From Catajapyx aquilonaris (Eukaryota), in contig KZ538771.1 of NCBI GenBank assembly GCA_000934665.2, forward strand, positions 1-48,644: DNA of 48,644 nucleotides, written 5' to 3'. The notes beneath the pieces are model-generated. The model was given only the letters and a program-made list of their open reading frames with translations. It was not told the DNA's origin and ran no database searches. Both the position numbers and the translations under genes were made by a program. This document shows, piece by piece, positions 22,963 to 36,293 of the stretch. The number at the start of each line of letters is the position of its first letter. Within the stretch, counting starts at the first letter, position 1.

Positions 22963-24131
22963 ATTGCCAATTTATGGACGCCCCTTTCACAATGTTTTCC
23001 ACCTGTAAACCGTAATTTGGCCGTAGCATTTTGGTAGGATGTACTTATTCATGATGTGTCTCTTCCTACACAAATACGAACGCCTATACTCCGGTTGATG
23101 GCTACCTTGGCCCCTACGCTTCGGGGGCTGAAATAACTTTCCTGCGTGGGCTCGAATATCCATCGAGTTTCCTCTTCCCATTAATCCGTTCATATAGCCT
23201 ACACATGCGAGGTGTAACGGAATTCTTTTACCCGCCACTAGCTTATTATCTGTCGTTTCCCAGGGGCGCCTGGTGTTCTTTCATATTTGACTGGAAACCT
23301 TCTGTAATGCAACTTTCGTGCGACATCACAGCAACTTCTGAACATGCAGCTAGGCTACAAAACAGCAGTGGACACAGCAGTAAGGCCAGAGAAGATTTTG
23401 AGTAAATGACTTGGAAATTTAATCAGTCACGCAAATGTAGTAGGAAGAACTTTTCTTTGTATGAAAAATTCTACGTGTCAACTGCTGCACTTGACAGTAC
23501 CTCATGCAACGGGTACGAGGGGGGTGGCGGTATATGCCGACTACTCTGACGCAAAGCGAAGTTACAAGTCGCATTTAACACAATTTCAGAAATAACAAGT
23601 TTATGGTGAAAAATCCCGTGAAACCTGGACCGCAGTGGTAGTAGTGTACAGTACAGTATAAGCAATCAGTACAATCATGAAATAACTCAGTAGAGCGGTG
23701 GAATTTATATAACTTGACGTGTGCATATAACTTACTAGCCTTCTACAATATGCTTGATCCGGTATAAATTAGCACCTGATTATTTAAGCACGCCAACTTG
23801 ATGTCTCATTACTAATTCTGAAAGGTGTTAAAAATTAACCGTTTCACAAAAGGTTATCTGGTGAAATCAGTTCTCGCGTTTTGATCTACATTTCCCCCAT
23901 TTGCGCGTGGGACGATCAGTGAGTCACCGCGATGCGATGGTATCTCTACCTTGTCGTGGTGGAAGGGGTCTTGTGTTTCTCTCAGCGACCACAAGAGCTA
24001 TATCGGAAGAGCTTCCTCCAGTGGCAGGATCACCCAAGCCGGAAAGGTCTTTGGGGGGTAGTACTGTACCTGGTAGTACTAGTATAGACACACAGAGATA
24101 CCGCCTTTCTGCATACACACACACACACACA

Positions 24132-24474
24132 GTTCTGTTCTGAATTAGCTGTGGGGACGTGAAAATTCAATTTTTCGAAGCTAGTGTATACTAACCTAAC
24201 CTTACCTAATCTACCCTACGTCCCTACCCTAACTCACCTAGGCTGAGAAAAATGGACTTTTGTGAAACCCTACGAATGAAAATACAAAATAGTGGGGACA
24301 TGTCCCCACTATTTTTTTTCACGTCCCCACTGTAATAGTACTCAGCGCGTGTGTGCATGAGTGGGGACCTGAAAATGTCCCCACAATTAAATTCTGGGGA
24401 CACACGTCCCACAGCTATAGTAAAATATTAAAAAAAACACAAACTTCCGTCCCTTGAGCTAATTGAAGACCTGT
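24132..24474. mobile_element. (CA)n-embedded non-autonomous element, second copy of variant 2
   Basis: Shares CCTAGGCTGAGAAAAATGGACTTTTGTGAAACCCTAC and the GTGGGGAC/GTCCCCAC array with 18568-18899. Degenerate (CCTAA)n and CA flanks. Confidence 0.82.
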
Positions 24475-24661
24475 ACACCCACACAAGCTTCCTGTCTTCT
24501 TTCTCTCTTTATCTATTCATAACCAGATAGCCTAGTTTGCTTTGGCTTCTTCCCATTCACACGAACAAATGATCCGTGAAAATGTCAATCAAAATTTATA
24601 AACATATTTTAAGAGACCGTTTATAAATGGAAAATCAAGCCATAATGAGACCGAATATTTC

Positions 24662-25020
24662 GGGGAGGTGCGGTGGCCGAGATCGTAACGTCTCGGCTTG
24701 CTGAGTGAAAGGTCCCAGGTTCGAACCCCGCCTGGGAGTTCCCTTTCACCTGCGTCAGGAGGGTCTCTGACCCGCGCCTTGGAGGTGTCTGGCAACCTAA
24801 CTTCCTGGGGAACAGCGCATGACCCCTTTTCAGACATTGCACTTGTACCCATGTTCCCTCTCCAAAATTCACTATCCTTATCCTATTTGTCATTGATTCT
24901 TTGCACCGGAGAATGAAGAAAAAGGGTATATACAAGAAAACTGATGGTGGTGTGCCACCTCCCAAAAAGGCCCAAGAAGGCCTTTCACAGGGTAAAATAA
25001 ATTAAAAAATTGAAAAATTG
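24662..25020 (+). mobile_element. tRNA-derived SINE, family A
   Basis: GGGGAGGTGCGGTGGCCGAGATCG start, B box GGTTCGAACCC and A-rich tail. Colinear with 12124-12476 on the opposite strand. TSD unclear. Confidence 0.88.
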
Positions 25021-25526
25021 AAATTTCGCAGTTTAACTGACCAGTCTAATATCAGGGCTGTAGAGTATATAGTATTTTGGCATGAGGAATGACGCAGTCA
25101 CGAACCACAACGTTTCTACGAAGCTTTTAGAAGCTTCGTTATATTGATATCGGAAAAGCACCTAATGAAAGAGGCTGTATAGCCTACAGTATATACGTTC
25201 GTATCTCTCTCTCACGCCTTCGTTCTGATTCACCTTTAGCGGAATTGTGCACTGGATACGTTGATAAAGCTGTTTACTATATACTCAGCCGATTCCTTAT
25301 ATTAGCCTCCCACACCTCGAGTTGCTCTATTGAGCTTTGTAAATCGGATTTCACTTGACACCACCCATCGCCTCTCCATCAAGAAGACAAAAACCGTGAA
25401 CCCTTTCAGAAACCATGGAAACCAAAAGGACGTGGCGCAAAACATGACATTTTACCCTCTTCGTCGCCAAACAAATCAGGCCTTGGATACGGGTTTTCCA
25501 TACATATTTCAAATCTGTATTAATTA

Positions 25527-25527
<1 letters not shown>

Positions 25528-25580
<53 letters not shown>

Positions 25581-25591
25581 AATAAATAAAT
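25528..25591. repeat. (AAT)n/(AAAT)n microsatellite
   Basis: Direct reading of the sequence. Confidence 0.95.
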
Positions 25592-28500
25592 GAAATCGGG
25601 TAGGTAGGGATCCACACCTTATTGCGAAAGCCTAAATTTGAGGCCACTGGAGTCAAATCTCACGGAGATATAACAATGTTCAACAATGACGTCTACTAAA
25701 ATTTATTTTTACATTTCATTGGTCTCTTGCTCAGACACATGCCCAAGAATTAGGACCCAGACAATTAGTGATGTATTTGCGTAACATCAGTTGTATTTGG
25801 TGACACTAGTTGTGACCGACACAAAGTTCAGTATGTTCAGTTTGAGGCCTGGGTCATGCAGGGTTCTCCAGAAAATAATAGATATGTTTTGCAGATATAC
25901 TGTACCATTAATTTCACTGTTCTACAACAGACTTCAGTGTTCTTTCTGAAGATATGAATAGTGATTCCTTTAGTACTTTCTGTGCTGATTCCATATCTGT
26001 ACTTAGAATTGTGCTGCTAGGCACAGTTTTCGATAGGCCTATATACTGCTTTTACTAATACAGATCTATTAGTAAATGCAGTACATTTCCTTCCATTGAT
26101 TCTTAGTCTGATTGCTAATAGGCTCGTGTTAAGAACCCTGCGGCAGGGTGTTTCTTACGACTACTATTTCAGTGTAGCTAGTCGTTGGCCCAACAGAAGA
26201 TAAAAATTTAGAGGGTGAAAAATGTCCAGAGGCCAACAACTAACGAGGCAGACGACCAGGCAAATGTTCCTCGTCGTCTATAGGTCATTACTGGTTGGCC
26301 TCTCGGCATTTCTCATTCGTACATTTTTACCACTTGCTTTGGCGGACCAATTATTGCGCTACCACAGACATCCCACTAGCAAAAAACTCACTATGTATTT
26401 CTAGCGATTGAAATAGTATTTATTTGGCTATTTTGCAGGGGCTGCCACACGTCCTAATAAAGCCTTAATCAATGTTAGACAATGCAGAGTTGTTCCTTGT
26501 GATCTATTCGCTAGCCCCAATCAGTAACTTTATGGGAAGTTGCCTGGGAGATGGCAAGACACACAACGAATCCACAACCCTCCTTTTCAATTCTCTGTCT
26601 CCTTGACCTTAGCATGTATCCTCTCCCAGGAAAACAGCAATGACGTCAATATCAGGTGGAACCAAATTGAAACGAGTTGTCTGGCTTCTACGTCTGCAAT
26701 CAAATGTGGAAAGTGTGGAGGAATCACAAGTGCCAACATTAGCAAGAGCTAATTAGCTTTTGACATTAGTCTACCATGTACAACCTCTGTCGGACACAAT
26801 TCAAATGGACCGTCTGCCACAACTAACCCGCGACAGTCTGTCACCACATGCTTTAATTACTGCCGTACTCGACATACCAGAAAAATCAATTGTCCATAAG
26901 GTATAACAATCCTGGAACAACACCTCCCCCGATAATTGGGCACAGATGTAGCCACACGGAACAATTCGAGGCGACTATAACGAAAATTCTCATTATCCCA
27001 ATAAGTTCTGCACTGTACCAGTACAGTACGCAGTGTAGTAGTGCACTACAGTACGCAGTATAGTAGTGCACTACAGAATGCAGCCAGTGCTGACATCTCT
27101 CATCAATGGCCGCCACTATTTAGAAGGCAGCGAGAGCGTGTGCCGGGTCTTGCATTGATTTGGCACATTCATGCCAGTCGCTTTTTCATTTTTTTTTTTA
27201 CCTGCCTTTGTTCCTACAGCTATGGTCCCTTTTCGAACTTTTCTGAACAATATTATTTCCCTCTTCCCTGGAATCGGGTGCAGCCGGGTTATTTCATCTT
27301 AGCAACGGTGAATTACTCGAAAAATGGCATGCAAGTTTCGTTCGTCGTAATTAAGAAAGACGAACCCCAGCGAATATATGTTATGGTTTTCAGAATGCTG
27401 ATGTCGGCCATCATGTTGTTTACCTCCAGTTTGGGGCCGAATCCCGAGAAATTCGTTGGGTAACTTGCGAAACTCCAGATTGGAACCCACAGTTTGCCGA
27501 GCCAATCTGCTGCAATAGGCTACTTTCTAGGGTATCGGTGTCCGAACCTCGTAGTTTCCAGCGAAATACGCCATGATGCAACCGGCCCTTATTTAAAATT
27601 GCGCGTTAACTAGACGTACTTCAAAATACAGATTATACGGAAATCTATTTGGCTTTTTCGCACAATGAAAGATGAGGCAGCAATTTGAACAACTTCAAAG
27701 GCATTCAGTAATTTATAGTAACTTGTTCCTGCTCTCACATTTTTAAAAACCTTGGCGTAAGGTCTGCTGACAGCATCGCAGAGATTCCTGGTCACGCTTA
27801 ATTACATTTAAAAACGTAACAAACTAGTTGGCAGAGGTGCCGTAAAGTTACGTCATATTTTCCAGAATACCTTCCAACCAGGGTTAAAATATATGGATGT
27901 ATTTCCATATACTGTACGACTGAGTGCCCTGCATTATGCGTTTTAGTGAATGTGGTACATTAGGCTGAATCAAATTGACGTGTGCCATGCAACGTCAGCA
28001 GGCGATAATTTAGATCCTAGGGTTACTAATGTAGCCCACATTTAAGCCAAGTATTTGCATACAAGCCCATTTAATTACGTTCACCAATACATCTGTTTGA
28101 CCTCACATTACAAATGTATAATACAAAATTACAAATACGCTTCAAAAACCTACGCAGTACTAGTAGTCAGCAGCTGCTAAGCACAGCACTGCAGTAGTTC
28201 ACTCAAATTCACTCTAATATACCACATCAAGCATAAGCAAGTGCAAGCGGCAGTACTTCGCATATAAAATAAAATTAAACAATCGTCGGGGAACATCTTT
28301 TTATTTTTTAAATTTAAAAAATCCTTTGACATGTATTGTAGAATCATTTTAAATTAATAGCAGTCTAACTCGTATAAACTCATCTCAATTCTGCGAAAAA
28401 TGACCAATTCCATAAATTCCGCCCGACAAACAACCGCTCTAAACCATACGTTACTGAACACTTCGTACCTTCAAAAACTTGGAACCAATCCAGTTCCACT

Positions 28501-30277
28501 ATAAATCCCTGGCTAAATGTTGACGTTTCCATTCAAACTTGCGTGCAGCTCACCGGGGGGGAAAAACCTCTAGTGTGCACATCTTCGCTAAATCGTGAAT
28601 TTACTTTTACTAGCAAATTCCATGCCTAAACTATAACCTAATCGATCAGTGTCAGGAAGAACAAGGTATGAAACCGATCGAAAGTAGACAATGACTGACA
28701 TCGCCAGACATTGTTTTTTCTCTCCCTTCCCATTTCAGTGTGTGAATCCTCCTCCTCTCCCCCTTCCCCACATCCCAAAGCCACGACAAGGAATGCCGGG
28801 CCTATATAATGGAGTGAGAATGGTATGCAAAGTTATTTCGGTTAAACCAATCCCCCNAAAAAAAAAAAAAAAAAAAACACCACCAACAACAACACAAATA
28901 AAATCATTTTAAAAATGATATTTAAATAAAGGCTAGAATAGGCGGAGGGAATCGCACATAACACTGATCCTTCTTGAGATCCGCCTTAATGAGCCACATT
29001 ATTCGATTAATATCTTTCACCCACTTGCCATTAAATTGCTCGTGCCTTCCCCCACCCTGCCTCCCCTCTCCTCCTATCACCTCCCTTAACCCATTCTCCT
29101 GCAGCATGCAGATACCGTCATTCAATCAGCCCGAAGGCCTGTGATTATTCCCTGTATCATTCTCAGCACGCCAAGATAGAACGAACAGTCTGACATATAA
29201 AACCACGCCTAGGAACATGACCACTTGCAGAGTTTTTTTTATTCAAGACAGAGACGTAATGGCGTCAACGAACCGGCGCGGCGTCTCAGAGTTTAACTTA
29301 ATGAGTAGTGTATGGAAATTGACTTACTACTCTTCTATACACTGTACTGCACTTCAAGCCAGTGTTACAGGTTGCGACCAGAGCAAGAGCTACCCCAGGA
29401 TGTGGTTTTCAGTAATTCTATTAGTGTACTAATTTATGACAGTTTAAAGGTTTAAACAGTCCTCCCTTTATATAAGGCAGGTTGAGAGGTTCAGCTGTAT
29501 TATGAAAGTGGACTATTTGTATTTCATAATTCATATGTAGCCTAGTTGAATTTCCTCCGGCATGGAGACCGACGAGTAATAATAACTGTCCGAGGGTGAA
29601 GCATTGTGAGCGGCCACTTAGTTCAGGTCGCAAGCTTATTTTCCCATTAGGTCGACCTACATACACAGGCGGTTTTACCGGTCATCCTAAAAGTATCACA
29701 ATGTGCAACACCTCTTTAACAGTACCACGCATTCAAATATAGCAGATCAGTGAAAAAAACGATGAACAAAAATGTTTCCATAAGTCAGTGGTATTGCACC
29801 TCAGCCTCCTTCAACTATATCTCTCGTTATTAAATGTGCGCACATTCTAAGGGTCAATAAACTAGGCGACGAAGGCGACTTTGACGTTCGTAATTCCGAA
29901 GGGACTAGAAATGGTTTCATTGGCGAGTAGCCAATACGGGGGCCTAGCTATTGCACAGTGAGTCAGAAGGCTATAGGTCAATAGTTCATAATTATGCACT
30001 GCACTGTGTGGAGCATGAAAAATATTTCCTGGCAAAATATAGGATGATCTGCGAATATAATAAGGCTACAGTAGGCTGCTACAAACACATGAAATGGATT
30101 TAAACACTGTATGAAGTGACGTTACGTTACTCTCCACACGCTATCCTGACTTCTAGCTCACTGTGAGTATACAGTATAGCCAGGTAGGTGTAGCGGTTGT
30201 AATCGGATGGGAGCAACACCAAGAGAGTCTAGGACGCGTGCCAGAAGCAGAAGGCAATGCGGGTGGTTTTGGTTTTA

Positions 30278-30344
30278 AGGTATACGCTTACATGTGAGCG
30301 ATTTGATAGCGCGATGTCATCGCCGCTCACATGTAAACGCACCT
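30278..30344. mobile_element. Tiny PIF/Harbinger-like MITE
   Basis: TTA flanks on both sides (30275-30277 and 30345-30347). Arms AGGTATACGCTTACATGTGAGCG / CGCTCACATGTAAACGCACCT. Confidence 0.6.
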
Positions 30345-30667
30345 TTAGAGCTGATTGACCTGAACACGTACTGTTGAAAAGCTACAACAACATAGCAGCG
30401 AAAAGTTAACAGATACCCGCTAACATTATAACTAATGGAAATAGACTTTCACAGACCTAAACGACACCCCCTGCCTCGAAGTTAAAGTTTAGGATAATGT
30501 CCACATTGGGCATAGCCAGAAAACTAATGAACAAGAAAAATGCTCAGGCGATAAAAATAATTCTAGACCACAATGAAGCGAAATTAACGTGCACTAAATC
30601 TGCAATGGAATTTGATTATCGGATTTGAGACCGGGCCAAGTGAAAATTGGGAACGTGGATGGCTTAC

Positions 30668-30790
30668 CTGCACTGTCACGTCACATTCCTCCCTGCCGAC
30701 AAAGATCATGTCCTCTTTCAGACGGTGCTCGAGCCCACCGCCTTTCTGTACCAGGAGCCATGGAATCGAGTTTTCCGCCGGACCATTCAT
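30668..30790 (-). CDS. CEP170: CEP170-family protein, first coding exon (N-terminus of FHA domain)
   Basis: Encodes MNGPAENSIPWLLVQKGGGLEHRLKEDMIFVGREECDVTVQ, closely matching the vertebrate CEP170 start as I recall it ([30 protein letters not shown]). 123 nt, ends CAG|GTAAGC, phase 0. Confidence 0.93.
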
Positions 30791-31596
30791 CCTGCCAATA
30801 TAGTTATTGCCACATTATTACCAGGAAGCCATTTCCCAAATGGAGCCTTAAACCCTTATTTTTTCAAGTTCGAGAGTGAGGACGGTATATTTTCTTCGGT
30901 GGAAAATTTCTGAACTGCCAAGAGTTATGCAGGGTGATCCAAATGTCGCACAGTTTTTAAAATTAATTCCTTTGGGCAGTTGTAATAACATTGTGAGGAG
31001 GAGGAGGGGGGGGGGGGGGTTCATAAAGATTGCGACGAACTTCTAGGGTGGGTTTCTGCACACGAGGACGCATAACTGCCAGGATATTACATACAGTATT
31101 TATGTTGACACCTTTAGCTATGTATAAAGAGGCTGCTAAAAGGGAATATCTACTCTAAGAAGCTATTGATGCTTACAGACCTCACCTTAGATTTTTTTTT
31201 GAAATAATCCAATATCGGGCAGTGAAGAAAGAGTCGACATTATGTTCTTTAAAAATGACCTATATTGTATGCGCTCAGTTTCCCTAACAATTGAGAGAAA
31301 GAAAATTATAATTGTAACAAAAACAAAAGGACAAACCCTTCTCCGCTGCATTCTCCCAACCACTGCTCTACCACCTTCACAATCAAATCATCAAAAATGC
31401 CCTACATAATTGTTTAAAAACCTGCGATGACATTAGGATCACTCGGTAGTTGTTCATATCGTGAGAGAACTCCAACTATTGATGAGGCTCTTCAAAAAAT
31501 AACGACAGAGACATTATAAACACATTATCTGTAAAATACTTTCAACTCAATGGATGCAGGAAGAAATAGGCAGAACTATTGGCAATCCAAACTCAC

Positions 31597-31658
31597 CTCG
31601 CTCTCAAACTACAGCAAGCCTACAGAGTGCAGTCCTTAGGAATCGCTGCCAAATCGAC
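31597..31658 (-). other. Candidate 5' UTR exon of the CEP170-family gene
   Basis: gtcttacAG| ... GAG|GTGAGT, 62 nt, about 0.8 kb upstream of the start-codon exon. Supported by splice signals only. Confidence 0.4.
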
Positions 31659-34600
31659 CTGTAAGACTACGTGAACTGACTGCCAACTTCGTGAAAAAAT
31701 TGGGCCCGCAGTAGACGATGAAATTTATCACAAAGACCAACAATGAACCACGGAACAAATCCGTTTCCCATGCTTCACCTCTGCAAGGCATTATAGGGTA
31801 AGCAGTACAAAAAAGGACCAGTCGTAGATGCGCAAAGAAGTGAAAGTACTGCAAGGCAAGCTACCTTGGACCATCTTCTTGACACAAATCAGATAATATT
31901 ATTGTTGTTCTTGTGCCAGATGAGTGTGATTCTTTAACGATCTAACCTTGCAATACCAAGAATTTTTGACGTATCTGGCTGAACAGATGAGGTGAACAAA
32001 CTCAGCAAAATTTCATGGCTGTATGCCAAACTGCCAATACCTTCTCCGTTTACTATTCACGCCAAATTTACTAATTACACTAAACAAGCATGCCACATCT
32101 ACCATTTGCACGCATGTCAGTTGTTCAGATCATAGTTTTGAAAACAAGCATATAAATCACGTGACGTCCATCAACCGTAAGTCCCTCTCATCTCAATATT
32201 GTCTATATAGCTACAGGTTTTTTTTTTTTTTAAATTGCGTATACATAATTTATGACTCTTAGTCTTCATGAACATCACACATAATACTGGCAAGATTCCA
32301 CTGATATACTGATGTTTCAGACTTGATGGCCTTCGTAATGCCGTGACGGTTTGGCCTGGACCTCGAGGTGAGAATATGCCCTAGATGTTAAATATGTAAC
32401 CTCATATACTGTATGACTAGTGTGCTTTAACAGTACTGATATTTGTTCGAGATTTGTAACTAGGCTGCCTATACTTATAAGCAATAGTTTAGGAACAGCT
32501 ACTTACATTCGTTTAATAAAAAAATTTTACCTGCTACTATTACGTCGATAGATGATACGTCTCCTTTAACTAATGTAATCATACGGTGGGCACTCATATT
32601 ATGCATAAAAATAATATGTATTATTTCGATAACGAATACCCGCCGAGTGCTATCCTCGTGACCACATCCAAATCCAAAAACCGCCGAAAAAGAGCGAATT
32701 GAAGCACTAGGAACAAAATAACTAATAATTGCTGGGCCATGATATGCATATTAAAATCAACATCAATGTATAGGCTATACCGGTAGGCTATACTGTAGAA
32801 GTATCCTTATAGTGTCCCACATGGAACCTGATCAAATCTGATTAAACTGGCGTATTAAGCCCTCATCCTTTTATGTTTAATGTGATTGATTACAAGAGAT
32901 ATTACAGTGGGATTTGACAAGCATTAATTCACATTCTAATTATAATTTTGGGTAGCCACCCTGCAGCACTATTACGCCTAGGGAAAAGCTCTATCATTGT
33001 ATGTTGAGGTTTTCCCTGCAGCTAGAGTCGTGGTTCTCCCGTAGCGCTGTCATGTCGGCTCTGTGAGTCGGTCACTTCCCTGCTCAGCACATAAATTTCA
33101 TGGCCCTGCTGCTTGATCATACAGCAAGTCCCATCCACCTTTTTACACTGTCTTTACATTGCCAAAGATACGTTCTCACGAGTTCGTGTATACTCGCCCG
33201 TCATCGCGTTAATTTGAATTAATTGATAAACATGAATTTCAAAATATGCACTTGTAATAAATTTGATAGGGCAGCAGGGTGGTATGATGCTGGGGTTGGG
33301 AGCTGTGGGCTTTGTTGTGTGAATTATGATGGGCTCGAGATCAGGCCGACAAAGGAATAATATAGGGCATAGTGATTTTGTGACCGTGAAACTGTGAACA
33401 CACCTCAACGAGGTCTATTTAACACCTTCACTTATTATTGTTGTGAGCTTGCAGTTCCACAGCAACCATAGCCTCATTCCACAGGCTTATACATCATTTA
33501 GGTAGTCTACTAATTTGCCGCGATGCAAACTGCTGACAGCCAATGATTATTTGATGCTTTTGATTTGGAACATGTTATGACTTTCTAGGAAATGCATGAC
33601 ACTGTTAACAGCGCTAAGAAGAACCGCTGAATAATTGCCTACTGCACAGTCCTCTTCCATGATGCACTTGCCCCCCCNGCCCCCCCCCCCCCCTCACTGT
33701 ATTGAAAGGGTGCCAAAATAAATGCAATGCGATTAATAGTGTGAATATTCACAGCGTAATTTCAATTGTAAGTAATCACATTTGATTTTAAAATACGAGT
33801 TGTTAGACACGCATTTAACCAGGCAAGAGACGTGAGCGTAGACGTGAGTCAATAGCCGACGACAGCCGATGATTACCGACAACCTTCCGGCTGTGGCAGG
33901 CCCATATCTTGGCCATATAGCATATACGTCTCAAAATATTATACCAACGCAGCTGCATTTCTAGCCTGGTCATTTCCTCTCACATTTTTGACAATCTGAT
34001 ACACGTTTATTACTGTTCTCCTTGCGTAACTCCGCATAACGAGACAATGACGAATGCTGCAAGGAACTCCTTCTCTCCCCCTTCTGTTCACAACTGCATC
34101 GAATTACCCCTCCTCACGAAGGTCGCGAACGTGCAATAAAACCTCATTAAACCATTATTTCCTTCTAATATTATACCTGCACGGATTCAGGCACGGTGCT
34201 AGAATGCAACCTTACTTTCTGCAACAGAGCATGACATCACAACTTGTCTGACCAATATGAAACGGCACTGACCTTGATGGACGCAGATTTCCTCACGCGA
34301 CCACCCTTACGAATCCAGCATGCATTTCTCCTTCTCTTCAGAAACAAGAAGGGGAGTCTTGCGCCTCATCTCATTGTAAGAAACATCTGCAAAGAAAATC
34401 GGAAAAATTAGTACTGTATCTGCATGGGTCCTTCTCGACTTAGTTTTAGGGTGAAACTTTTGATTTTTGTATAACCCACGCCCATGCACGTGGCCGAAAT
34501 AGGTTCTCGCCCTAAGCTCTATTGGCTTCAAGCTCTGTTAGTGCCCACCTCCCACGGTCAATCAGATTGCCGCCTGTTTGTTACTTCCGCCATCTATCGT

Positions 34601-35028
34601 TTCCTGCCCAGAAATATCTACGTATAATATCTATGTAAATACTGTATAAATCGTATACAGGGTGTATACGAATAAATCTGCCAATAGGATACAGGTGGTA
34701 GGGGATGCATATGGAAGAGGCATGGCATGGGTCCGAAAGGCCGGCGACGATTCGTTTAGGAGATGTCGACCTTTGACGTCGAGAATGTCCATCCTGACAT
34801 TCCTGCATCGCTGGTTGCTTGAGTCAGGCGCTCGCACTACCAGACCGTTGCTCAACCGCCTGACCCCGGCAACCAGCAATGCAGGTGTGTACATGTACGG
34901 GGGTATCCCTTGCGAATTATTCTCTGTATTGCTGACTGTGAGTATAATCCGTGTTTCTGATTATCTGTGTTGATGATTATAATGTGCTGCGGTATCCATA
35001 CTTGTCAGGTTAGACATCGGACCCATGC

Positions 35029-36293
35029 TCATCTTTGGGGCCTTAACCACTGGCAGGCCTTGGATGAAACCCAGCTCCATTTTATAAAATTTTTTTGAGA
35101 ATGCCCAAGAATACATCTAACTACTGTACTTAGTCCTAGTGAGACTAGAAACAGGCCGCCGCGCCGATAGGGGTAGCAATAGTGAAACGACTTCTAAAAT
35201 TTTTAGTAGATCTCAGGGGGATGACAAACGACAGACTACCGAAACGTGCATTTAATTATATACACACCGCAATGGGCTCCAGAACATGCAATAATTGGTT
35301 TGTACAGGTAAATGAAATTTTTAAAATAGCATGCATATCATGGGAATACTGGGCCCATTCACAACAAGATAGGAGAGTATGTAACGAAATATTGATACAG
35401 TTCATAGACAATACAATACAAGAAGACTTGACGAACTTAATGCACTCCACCTGTCATGCTCACTATCAGGACCTTCAACCCTCTTTTAGAGGCCCAACAT
35501 ACTTGTCAGGGGACCAGCCGCTACAGCTGACTAGATTAATTTGTTCAATACGAATGGGGACCCCCGACCCCTTATACATTATAACGGTTACAAGATACAA
35601 TGGTCCAAAGATGATTACAGTTCATTATGCAACTGCAATGAAGAATTCAATCTGCACCACCTATCATATAATTGCCCCTTCTTCAGAGTGCAACGTAACA
35701 TACTATTAAAAGATACGGGGGGAGGCGGAGTGGTGCTGCGGTAACACACGCGCCCAGCCCGGGGACACCCCCTTCATCTCGTGCAGAGTTCGGGGTCACC
35801 TCTGGCTTCGTCTCGGGTGGTATTTACATTAAGACAAACCACCCGGGGGAGTTCACAAAATGACCACAGCTACGACATTGCACTGCACCTTGCACATCCC
35901 CTCCTGTCACCCTGCCCGTGGGCCCGGGCGTGGCACACTGTACTGTACAACTGATTAACAAATCAAGGTCTGTGCTGATACCGCTAAGGTGAGCACTATA
36001 CCCCACAATTATTATCATCAATTATTATTAAAAGATACTCCACGATTCCCCCCCGACAAAGTCCATTTAATAATAACCAATTTGCATCCTCTAAACCTAC
36101 ACACACAATAATCTGCAAACTAAGGTTCTGTGATATAATACTAACTTATGACCCCTAATAATAATAATAATANCCCCCCCCTCTAGTTTTCATTTGATGT
36201 TCCTTGAAATAAAACTGTATATTTTATTACTACAAGAGTGAAATAACCACATGTAAAGGCGTTAAGCCTACCGGGGTAAATAAACTAAACTAA
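35029..36293 (+). mobile_element. 5'-truncated non-LTR retrotransposon (ORF2 C-terminus plus 3' UTR; RTE-X-like, clade tentative)
   Basis: Frameshifted ORF2-like remnants HLWGLNHWQALDETQLHFIKFFLRMPKNTSN / VRLETGR / IVKRLLKFLVDLRGMTNDRLPKRAF and a Cys/His motif SLCNCNEEFNLHHLSYNCPFFRVQR. (AAACT)n tail. 15-bp TSD ACATCGGAC(C/T)CATGC at 35014-35028 and 36294-36308. Confidence 0.88.
35717..36025 (+). mobile_element. tRNA-derived SINE, family B, inserted in the LINE remnant (B box deleted)
   Basis: 13-bp TSD TATTAAAAGATAC at 35704-35716 and 36026-36038. Body homologous to the 12.6-kb and 16.6-kb copies. Confidence 0.9.

Noticed and set aside
23924..24130. Coding-looking minus-strand ORF inside the first coding intron
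   Set aside because: Inclusion would split the FHA domain between well-conserved adjacent residues. Splice sites are weak and there is no recognisable homology.
34656..34973. TA-CAGGGTGT mariner-like end followed by a 103-aa ORF
   Set aside because: No second TIR and no transposase motifs in the ORF.
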